DNA of 46,800 nucleotides from a virus (lineage: Duplodnaviria > Caudoviricetes). Of this stretch, positions 1 through 7,364 are shown in pieces (position 1 is the first letter of the stretch; each line of letters opens with the position of its first letter). A program made the translations under genes and the position numbers. The notes under the pieces were generated by a model, which was given only the letters and a program-made list of their open reading frames with translations, did not search any database and was not told the DNA's origin. Where the stretch lies: positions 1-46,800 of the IMG/VR virus record IMGVR_UViG_3300037483_001799, one strand, 5' to 3'.

Positions 1-801
1 TCATCTTGCGCACCGGATCCTCACCGCCGCGACAGCGCGCAGTTTCTCGCCGTCCATCCCGAGGCCCCACCGGACCTTCACGGCGATCCACGCCGCGATG
101 TAGTCGCAGTGATAGGCCGCGTTGGGCGGCATCCACCGCGCGGGGTCCTTGTCTCCCTTGGAGCGATTGGCACCGGCCGACACGGCGATCAGTGTGTCGG
201 GATGATCGAGATCGTTGGCATAGGCCTGGCGCCGCGCGGCGTCCCAGCGATCGGCGCCGCTGCGGTGGGCCTCGGCGAGCGGCACCAGATGATCGATGTC
301 GAGCTGTCTGGGGTTGGTGACGGTTTCGCCGGTATAGGAATCGAACCACCGGCCCGACAGGACGCGGCAACCGGACGGATCGATCTGCACGGGCACCCGG
401 CTCGCCACGATCAGGACCTCCTGGCATGTATCCTGGCAGTCGCTGTCAGCATCGACCCAGTGGCGGTAGAGGTCCCGGCTGTAGGGCACCGGGGCGGCCG
501 TCGCAGCGGGAGACGGCTGGCTTGGGCTCGTTGCGGGGGCGGACGGGGTGGCTGGCGGAGGCCCTTGGAGGGCCCGTTGCGCCTTGGCCTTGCTCCCGAA
601 GCTCCAGCCGGCGAGCGCGCCACGGTGGCAGTGGTAGCCGTCCGCCTTGCGGTCGTGGTGGCAGCCCAGCGAATCGAGGCCGCCGCTGTGGGCGAGGGCC
701 GGCAACGGCGCGGTCGGCGAGACGGTGAGGCCGAGCGCAAGGGTTCCGATGGCGATCGCGTTCGCGAGGAACGATCTTCCCATGCCGGGAAGGTACATCA
801 A
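1..801 (-). CDS. Secreted YHYH-domain / HNH (DUF1524-like) endonuclease family protein
   Basis: Signal-peptide-like N-terminus ending ALA-HSGG; HSGGLDSLGCHHDRKADGYHCH motif; Pro/Ala linker; LDIDHLVPLAEAH...ANDL...NRSKGDKDP HNH core. Confidence 0.8.
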   Translation of the reverse strand: MMYLPGMGRSFLANAIAIGTLALGLTVSPTAPLPALAHSGGLDSLGCHHDRKADGYHCHRGALAGWSFGSKAKAQRALQGPPPATPSAPATSPSQPSPAATAAPVPYSRDLYRHWVDADSDCQDTCQEVLIVASRVPVQIDPSGCRVLSGRWFDSYTGETVTNPRQLDIDHLVPLAEAHRSGADRWDAARRQAYANDLDHPDTLIAVSAGANRSKGDKDPARWMPPNAAYHCDYIAAWIAVKVRWGLGMDGEKLRAVAAVRIRCAR

Positions 802-892
802 TCATGCGCCCAGTTGATCGACCACTCGTGAGCCGGCGCTCGAACCCCACATCGCGGCCGACGCCGGCATTCCGAGCTTGAGGGTCTCTGTC

Positions 893-1147
893 CTATACCA
901 CCGCCCACCGGTAGATGCCGAGCAAGTTGATCGCCGTGAACGCCCCTTGCAGAACCACGAGGCTTGGCTCGTGCTGCGCCCAGCCAACCGTCGTCCAGAG
1001 AAGAGACGAGACGAGAAACAGGCCGAAGCCGTAGACGACGCCGCCGAGATTGAGCGCGATCAGGACGGCGCCGGCAATCCCGGCTCCTGTACCGGTCCAT
1101 TTGGCGAACCACACCACAGCAGCGTCGGGGACCGGCCGCTTCATCAC
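893..1147 (-). CDS. Small membrane protein (about 3 TM helices)
   Basis: Three hydrophobic stretches; start overlaps the upstream stop (1144-1147). Confidence 0.7.
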   Translation of the reverse strand: MMKRPVPDAAVVWFAKWTGTGAGIAGAVLIALNLGGVVYGFGLFLVSSLLWTTVGWAQHEPSLVVLQGAFTAINLLGIYRWAVV

Positions 1148-1410
1148 GGCCTCCTCGCGCGCGCTGCCGCCGTACCCATGGCCTGGCTGAGCTGATGGCG
1201 CGGCACGTTGAGGAGGACGAAGCGTCTGCGGTGCTCGGGCAATGTATCGAAGTCCGCTTCGACGAATATCTCGACGGTCTCGTCGCTGGCATGCACCTCG
1301 ATGCGCACAGGCGAATCGCCAAAATCCACCTCGTGACGGCGCCCGTTATTTCCGCGGATGATGGCGTGGGACATGGTCGCTTTTCCATTCTGATCCGGTT
1401 TGATGATCAT
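1144..1410 (-). CDS. Hypothetical protein (alternative start 1374)
   Basis: Coupled to the repressor stop; protein-like composition unlike the shadow frames. Confidence 0.65.
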   Translation of the reverse strand: MIIKPDQNGKATMSHAIIRGNNGRRHEVDFGDSPVRIEVHASDETVEIFVEADFDTLPEHRRRFVLLNVPRHQLSQAMGTAAARARRP

Positions 1411-2111
1411 AGCCGCCGCGCCGCCCAGACCACGCGGCCGACCACGTGCACTTCCTCGGCATCGCGCTCGTAGGTTTCGTACTCGGGATTGACCGACTTG
1501 ATCACTACCTTGGGCGGATCGGAGTGCGGCACGTGCTCGACCCGCTTGGCGACCAGGCCCATCCCGTCCCAGATCACGAATATCCCCGGCGGCACCGGCA
1601 CGCGCTGGCTGGTGTCGAGCATGATGCGGTCCCCGCTCGACAGCAGCGGTTCCATCGAGTCGCCATGGATCGTGATCATGCGAAGGTCGTCCGGCTTGGC
1701 ACGGAGCTCGTGCCGGATCACCGTCTCGGGGAAGTGCCAGACCTCCTTCGTCTCCTCGAACCCCTCATGAATCGCGCCGGCGCCGGCCGCGGCGCGGACA
1801 TCGATCTCGGGGACGGCGACGATACCTTCCGGTAGGCCGCTACCGCCGGTGCTCGCCACTGGCCGGGGCTCGGGTCTCGCCCGCGGCTTTCGCTCCGGCC
1901 GCTTCCTGTGGCGCAACTCGTCCTCATCGCAGCCGAGATGCCGGGCGAGCGCCGCCCGGTCGTCCTCCGAGAGCACCTTGGGCGTTCCCCGGTAGATGAA
2001 CTGGTGCAGGTACGCCTGATTGCGCCCCATGGCGATCGAGGCGTGCTTGAGATCGGTCCCGCGCTTTTCGATCAGCTTCAGGACCTTGATGCGGACGGGG
2101 TCGAGGTCCAT
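1407..2111 (-). CDS. cI: Phage repressor, HTH plus S24 (LexA/CI-type) autopeptidase
   Basis: N-terminal HTH (ASIAMGRNQAYLHQF); AAAGAG cleavage region; GDSMEP serine motif; VAKR lysine; VVGRVVW end; divergent from a cro-like gene. Confidence 0.92.
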   Translation of the reverse strand: MDLDPVRIKVLKLIEKRGTDLKHASIAMGRNQAYLHQFIYRGTPKVLSEDDRAALARHLGCDEDELRHRKRPERKPRARPEPRPVASTGGSGLPEGIVAVPEIDVRAAAGAGAIHEGFEETKEVWHFPETVIRHELRAKPDDLRMITIHGDSMEPLLSSGDRIMLDTSQRVPVPPGIFVIWDGMGLVAKRVEHVPHSDPPKVVIKSVNPEYETYERDAEEVHVVGRVVWAARRL

Positions 2112-2197
2112 GGCCTCCTCCTGTGGATAGGAAATAGGAGATTAACAACTTTTTCCAATTGACGCAATAGGAGGCTTGAGATTTGAATGCTCCTATC
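2112..2197. promoter_or_regulatory. Divergent cI/cro control region with operator-like half-sites
   Basis: AT-rich; ATAGGAG at 2134 and 2167 with inverted CTCCTAT at 2190; TTGACG at 2159. Confidence 0.6.
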
Positions 2198-2449
2198 ATG
2201 AAGACCCTCTCCGAACAGTTCCGCGATGCGGTCGAGGAGTTCCTCGCGCGCACCGGCACCAAGCCGACCGAGTTCGGCAGGCTCGCGGCCGGCGACCCTT
2301 CCTTCGTCCTCAGCCTCAGGCGCGGCCGGTCGCCGAAGCTCGCGACCGTCGACCGGGTGCTCGCCTTCATCCGCGAGAGCGACGCGGCCGAGCGCCGGAA
2401 GGCGCGGAAGCCGGCCGCGATGCCCATCAGGGAGTTTCCTGACCCATGA
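2198..2449 (+). CDS. Cro-like HTH protein
   Basis: Small protein divergent from cI; PTEFGRLAAGDPSFVLSLRRGRSP helix-turn-helix. Confidence 0.8.
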   Translation: MKTLSEQFRDAVEEFLARTGTKPTEFGRLAAGDPSFVLSLRRGRSPKLATVDRVLAFIRESDAAERRKARKPAAMPIREFPDP

Positions 2450-2688
2450 CCCGACCGACGCCCGTCAGACACCTGAACCAGAGCGAACTCGCCGACCGCT
2501 GGGGAATCTCGCACCGGACCCTCGAACGCTGGCGGTGGATCGGCGAAGGCCCGCCCTACCTCAAGATCGGCGGACGGGTGGCGTACCGGATCGAGGACAT
2601 CGAACGCTACGAGCGGGAGCGGCTGCGCCTGGCGGCGAGCGGCGCGCCGGCGCAGACCGGCTCAGATGCGAGGGAGCGCGTGGCATGA
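2446..2688 (+). CDS. AlpA/excisionase-like HTH DNA-binding protein
   Basis: LNQSELADRWGISHRTLERWR...GPPYLKIGGRVAY. Confidence 0.85.
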   Translation: MTRPTPVRHLNQSELADRWGISHRTLERWRWIGEGPPYLKIGGRVAYRIEDIERYERERLRLAASGAPAQTGSDARERVA

Positions 2689-3074
2689 CCCTCATCGACG
2701 CCCCTGCCCTCGCGGAACCCCGCGATCTTGCCCCGCCGCCGCGCACGCTCGCGATCGGCAAGGGCGCGCTGCTCGCCTGGCTGGAGAACGCCGAACCCGG
2801 ATCCCGGATCGAGTATCACCGCGGCTTCCTGCTGCTCGATCGGCATCGGGGGTTCAGCCCGTTCCCCGAGCACCGGCGGCGCGAGCTCGTCGCCCTCGCG
2901 GACCGCCTCCTGGCGCTCGCCGGGACCGGCTGGGTGCTGCTCGTCCAGGAGCGCCATGGCGAGTGCGACTACAGCTATGTCGCGATCAAGGCAAAGCGCC
3001 GGGCCCCGTGCCAGGCGATAGCAATCGGCAGATTCGAGGAGGTGTCCAATGGCGCTCCGCATCGTCACGGCTGA
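2685..3074 (+). CDS. Conserved phage hypothetical protein
   Basis: ATGA overlap with upstream gene; AEPGSRIEYHRGFL...LVQER...YSYVAI. Confidence 0.7.
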   Translation: MTLIDAPALAEPRDLAPPPRTLAIGKGALLAWLENAEPGSRIEYHRGFLLLDRHRGFSPFPEHRRRELVALADRLLALAGTGWVLLVQERHGECDYSYVAIKAKRRAPCQAIAIGRFEEVSNGAPHRHG

Positions 3075-3924
3075 CGAGCGCCTCGCCGAGGCGAAAGGAA
3101 AGACCACCATCGCGCTGTTCGGCCCGAGCGGGGTCGGCAAGACCTCGCTGCTCAAGACCCTGCCGGTCGAGGAGACCCTCTGCCTCGATCTCGAGGCCGG
3201 GCTCAAGTCGGTGCAGGACTGGCGCGGCGATAGCATACCGATCCGCACCTTCCCAGACGCCGTCGACGTCGCCTGCGCCATCGGCGGTGTCGATCCGGCG
3301 GCCGATGCGAATGGGTTCTTCTCGGAGGGCCACTACCGGCACGTCTGCAGCACCTACCCCGATCTCGTCCGACTCGTCGTGGGGAAGCGAATCGTGTTCG
3401 TCGACTCGATCACCGACCTCACCCGCCAGGCGATGGCCTGGGCCAAGACCCGGCCGGAGGCCGTCTCGGAGAACACCGGCAAGCCCGACATCCGGGGCGC
3501 CTATGGTCTTCTTGCCCGCGAGGTGATCGCACTCCTCAAGCATCTGCAGCACGCGCACGCGAAGACCGTGATCTTCGTCGGCATCCTCGAACGCGTGGTC
3601 GACAAGTTCAACCGCGAGACCTGGCAGCCGCAGATGGAAGGCGGCAAGGCCGGCCGCGAGCTCCCCGGCATCGTCGACCAGGTGATCTCCATGAGCCTGT
3701 TCGAGCCGGACCCGGGACCCGTCGCCGGGCCGGGCGGCGATCCCGGTGCCGCCGTCGGACTTCGCCACGCGCCGGCAACGGGAGATATCCGCGCCCTCGT
3801 CTGCCGCGCCGGCAACCCCTTCGGCCTGCCGGCCAAGGACCGGTCCGGCCGGCTCGATCTGATCGAGCCGCCCGATCTCGGCGCCCTGCTCGCCAAGGCG
3901 AGCGGCCTCGCCCCGGCGGCGTGA
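3049..3924 (+). CDS. AAA_24 / Sak4-like P-loop ATPase (recombination)
   Basis: Walker A GPSGVGKT, LDLEAG, Walker B VFVDSIT, AKDRSG; GAGGAGG RBS. Confidence 0.85.
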   Translation: MALRIVTADERLAEAKGKTTIALFGPSGVGKTSLLKTLPVEETLCLDLEAGLKSVQDWRGDSIPIRTFPDAVDVACAIGGVDPAADANGFFSEGHYRHVCSTYPDLVRLVVGKRIVFVDSITDLTRQAMAWAKTRPEAVSENTGKPDIRGAYGLLAREVIALLKHLQHAHAKTVIFVGILERVVDKFNRETWQPQMEGGKAGRELPGIVDQVISMSLFEPDPGPVAGPGGDPGAAVGLRHAPATGDIRALVCRAGNPFGLPAKDRSGRLDLIEPPDLGALLAKASGLAPAA

Positions 3925-3964
3925 TTCCCAGTCATCCATCCGTTCCGCACACAGGAGATTCCCG

Positions 3965-4702
3965 ATGTACGACCTCAACGACGTGGAGCCGCAGCGCAGC
4001 GGCGATCTCATCCCCGACGGCGCCTTCGTGAAGGTGGCCATGGCGATCAAGCCGGGCGGCGTCGACGGCCAGACCGAGATCGATCGGGGGCTCCTGAAGG
4101 CCTCGACCAGCCCGGGGAGCGACGTGCTGTCGCTCGATACCGAGTTCACGGTGCTCGATGGCCCGCACGCCCGGCGCAAGTTCTGGCAGCTGTTCACGGT
4201 CGCCGGCGGCAAGGTCGACGAGAAGGGCGCCTCGATCGGCTGGAACATCTCGAAGCGCACGTTCCGCGGCATGGTCGACAGCGCCCTCGGGCTCGACCCC
4301 GAGGACAAGAGCGACGCCGCGCAGGCGAAGCGCCGGCTCCGCGGCCTCGCCGATCTCAACGGCATCGTCTTCGTCGCCAAGATCACGGTCGAACCCAGCA
4401 AGGACCCGCGCTACCCCGACCACAACAAGCTCGACCGGCCGGTGCTGCCGAACGAGAAGGAGTGGCGTCTGGTGATGGACGGCAAGGACGTGCCGCCGAG
4501 CCCGAGCCGGTCGCGCGGCGCCGCGGCGCAGGCGCCGGCGGCATCCCAATCGCCCGCCTGGCAGCAGCCGAAGGCCCAGCCCGCGCCGGCCGCCGGCGCA
4601 CCCGCGTGGCAGCGCCCCGCCGTCCAGCCCGCGACAGCGGCGGCACCGCCGTCGGCGGCGCAGCACGCGAACCCCGCCGGCCCGGCGTGGCTCAACGGGT
4701 GA
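3965..4702 (+). CDS. Phage single-stranded DNA-binding protein-like
   Basis: Follows the Sak4-like ATPase; LIPDG...EFTVLDGPHARRKFW core; Pro/Ala/Gln tail ending PAWL. Confidence 0.65.
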   Translation: MYDLNDVEPQRSGDLIPDGAFVKVAMAIKPGGVDGQTEIDRGLLKASTSPGSDVLSLDTEFTVLDGPHARRKFWQLFTVAGGKVDEKGASIGWNISKRTFRGMVDSALGLDPEDKSDAAQAKRRLRGLADLNGIVFVAKITVEPSKDPRYPDHNKLDRPVLPNEKEWRLVMDGKDVPPSPSRSRGAAAQAPAASQSPAWQQPKAQPAPAAGAPAWQRPAVQPATAAAPPSAAQHANPAGPAWLNG

Positions 4703-4709
4703 GGAGGCG

Positions 4710-4934
4710 GTGACCGACGACGAGTGGCAGGCGTTCGTGACGACAGAGGCGGCGAAGGCGGCCGGGGCATGGCTGGAGGCAAGAGGCGGGCTCCACCGGC
4801 CCATCCGATCGCTGACCCTGGCCGACCTCGAGGCGCTCGCGGACACAGCCATCGGCCGCTTCATCGTCCTGGCCTCGGAGCGGATCCGGGAGCGGCAGGA
4901 CGCCGACGAACTGCGCCATCTCCTGCTGATGTGA
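4710..4934 (+). CDS. Hypothetical protein
   Basis: GAGGAGG RBS before GTG; fits the operon. Confidence 0.65.
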   Translation: MTDDEWQAFVTTEAAKAAGAWLEARGGLHRPIRSLTLADLEALADTAIGRFIVLASERIRERQDADELRHLLLM

Positions 4935-5275
4935 CGTGTTGCGCGATCTGCAGGCGGGAGGCCCGCGGGTTCGGCTACGTCCATCGGCTCCGCCCCGATG
5001 TCTACCCGACCTACAGCTTCTGCTCGATGCGCTGCCTCGATGCCGGGGCGGCGCTCGCCAACCGGAACAACGGGATGATCGACAAGACCGACCTCGAGAA
5101 GCAGGCAATCAGGGACGCGCGGCGCAACCTCGCCGAGACCCTCGCCGAGCTCGGGCTCATGGAGCCCTTCTTCGACCGCAGCGCGGACGACATCGACCGC
5201 ATCATCGAGGCCTGCGTCGACGGGTTCCAGGGCTCGATGCAGCGCCAGGCGCTCAACGACGATCTGCCGTTCTGA
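4931..5275 (+). CDS. DUF6511-like protein with N-terminal CxxC...CSxxC
   Basis: CAICRREARGFG...FCSMRC; C-terminal DDLPF. Confidence 0.65.
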   Translation: MTCCAICRREARGFGYVHRLRPDVYPTYSFCSMRCLDAGAALANRNNGMIDKTDLEKQAIRDARRNLAETLAELGLMEPFFDRSADDIDRIIEACVDGFQGSMQRQALNDDLPF

Positions 5276-5286
5276 GGCGCGCGCCG

Positions 5287-6063
5287 ATGGATCTTGCCGT
5301 CGACCTCAATAGCGGCTCGGGCTTCGTCTACTGCCCGGCATCGGCCGTCAGCGCGACGGGCTTGCGCGTCAATGCGCTGATCGACCGGGCCCTGGTCGCG
5401 ACCGATCGTGCGCAGCCGCCACGCGAGTATCTCGGCGGCAGCCGCGTTGGCGAGCCCTGCGCCCGGAAGCTCGTGTACGAGGTCACCCATGCGCCGAAGG
5501 ATGACGGGAAGGAATTCGACGGCACCATTCTCCGCGTGTTTGAGGCCGGCCACCAGTTCGAGGCGCTTACCATCAAATGGCTGCGCGCGGCCGGCTTCGA
5601 CCTGCGCACGGCGGGCCGCGACGGCCGGCAGTTCGGGTTCAGCGTCGCCGGAGGCCGGCTGCGCGGGCACATCGACGGCGCGATCGTCGCCGGCCCCGAT
5701 ATCGGCGTCGAATGGCCCGCCCTCTGGGAGCACAAGGCGCTGAAAAGCGCGTCGTGGACCGACCTCGTGAAGCGGGGCTTGCGCGATTCGAAGCCGGTCT
5801 ACTACGGCCAGGTCCAGCTCTACATGGCGTACATGGAGCTGCGGGTCGCCCTGTTCACGGCGATGAACAAGGACACCCAGGCGCTCTACCACGAGGTGGT
5901 GCCTTATCATCCCGCCGCGGCGCAGGCGCTTTCGGACAAGGCGGTACAGGTGCTGCGCGCCGCGGAACTCGGCGAGTTGCTCCCCCGCATCGCTGAGGCC
6001 CCGGACTTCTATCTCTGCCGCATGTGCGAATACGCCCGGCGCTGCTGGGGGCCGGACGCATGA
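5287..6063 (+). CDS. PD-(D/E)XK (Cas4-like) exonuclease
   Basis: YLGGSRVGEPCARKL, GHIDG, WEHK, QVQLYM, C-terminal CRMCEYARRC. Confidence 0.85.
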   Translation: MDLAVDLNSGSGFVYCPASAVSATGLRVNALIDRALVATDRAQPPREYLGGSRVGEPCARKLVYEVTHAPKDDGKEFDGTILRVFEAGHQFEALTIKWLRAAGFDLRTAGRDGRQFGFSVAGGRLRGHIDGAIVAGPDIGVEWPALWEHKALKSASWTDLVKRGLRDSKPVYYGQVQLYMAYMELRVALFTAMNKDTQALYHEVVPYHPAAAQALSDKAVQVLRAAELGELLPRIAEAPDFYLCRMCEYARRCWGPDA

Positions 6064-7364
6064 GCGGCGCGTTCACTCCCTCCGATCTGCAGGCGAAGGC
6101 CATCGCCGGGATCAAGGACTGGTTCGTCCACCGGACCGGCGCCCGGCAGGTGTTCCGGGTGTTTGGCTATGCCGGAAGCGGAAAAACCACCATCACCCGC
6201 CACGCCATCGCCGAGCTCGGGCTCGAAGACGGTCCGAATGGCGTGCTCTATGCCGCGTTTACCGGGAAGGCGGCGTTGGTGATGACCCGCAAGGGCACGC
6301 CGGCCTCTACGATCCACAGCCTGATCTACCGCGTCTCCGAGGCGACCCCGGCCGAGATCGAGAAGGTCAAGGAGGACATCGCCGGGATCAAGGCCAATCT
6401 GCCGCAGCTGCAGCCGGCGGAGCGGCTGCTGGAGGAATCGCGCCTGCGCTCGCTCGAGCTTCGTCTCGCCGACATCCACAAGCCGCGGTTCGTGCTCAAC
6501 GAACAGTCCGCCGTGCGCGACGCCAAGCTGATCGTCCTCGACGAGGTCTCCATGGTCGGCGACGAGATGGCGCGCGATCTCCTCGCCTTCGGCAAGCCGA
6601 TTCTGGTGCTGGGCGACCCCGGCCAGCTGCCGCCGATCAAGGGCGAGGGCGCGTTCACCGACACGGTGCCCGATGTGATGCTGACCGAGATCCACCGCCA
6701 GGCCGGCGAGAGCGCCATCATCCGGCTTGCCACCATGGCGCGTCAGGGCCAGCCCATTCCCTACGGCGAGCACGACGCGTTCGTCTGGAAGATGCGGCGG
6801 ACCGACGTAGGGCCTGAGCAGATGCTCCGCGGTGGCCAGGTGATCTGCGGGCGCAACGCGACCCGCATCCAGCTCAACGTCGCCATGAAGCGCGCCGCCG
6901 GGTTCGCCGGCGTCTATCCCACGGGCGAGGTCCGGGACGGCAGCCCTGAGAAGATCATCTGCCTCAAGAACCGCAACGACCTCGGTATCGTCAACGGCAT
7001 GTTCCTCGAGCTCGGCGACATCCGCGACGAGGACGCGCACAGCTTCTCGGCGACGGTGCGCACCGAGGACGGCGACGTCGTCGGCGGGACAGCGGAGAAG
7101 CCGCAGCGCCATCGCCTCTACAAGGGCCATTTCGACGACCATGTCGTGCTCGACCGCGAACGCGACCGGCGCGACCACTGGATCAGGAAGGGGCTGATCG
7201 AGGCGGTCTGGGGCTGGGCGATCACCTGCCATAAATCCCAGGGAAGCTCCTGGCCCAACGTCATTGTGTTCGACGATGGACTCGGCCGCACGGTCGAGGA
7301 CCGCGCCCGCTGGCTCTATACCGCCATCACCCGCGCCGAGCGGGGGCTGGTGATCCTTGATTGA
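6060..7364 (+). CDS. RecD/Dda-like SF1 helicase
   Basis: GYAGSGKT, TIHSLIY, DEVSMV, GDPGQLPP, TEIHRQ, TCHKSQGS, YTAITRA. Confidence 0.92.
   Translation: MSGAFTPSDLQAKAIAGIKDWFVHRTGARQVFRVFGYAGSGKTTITRHAIAELGLEDGPNGVLYAAFTGKAALVMTRKGTPASTIHSLIYRVSEATPAEIEKVKEDIAGIKANLPQLQPAERLLEESRLRSLELRLADIHKPRFVLNEQSAVRDAKLIVLDEVSMVGDEMARDLLAFGKPILVLGDPGQLPPIKGEGAFTDTVPDVMLTEIHRQAGESAIIRLATMARQGQPIPYGEHDAFVWKMRRTDVGPEQMLRGGQVICGRNATRIQLNVAMKRAAGFAGVYPTGEVRDGSPEKIICLKNRNDLGIVNGMFLELGDIRDEDAHSFSATVRTEDGDVVGGTAEKPQRHRLYKGHFDDHVVLDRERDRRDHWIRKGLIEAVWGWAITCHKSQGSSWPNVIVFDDGLGRTVEDRARWLYTAITRAERGLVILD

Noticed and set aside
5287-6063. CRISPR-associated cas4
   Set aside because: It lies in a phage recombination operon with no other cas genes or array
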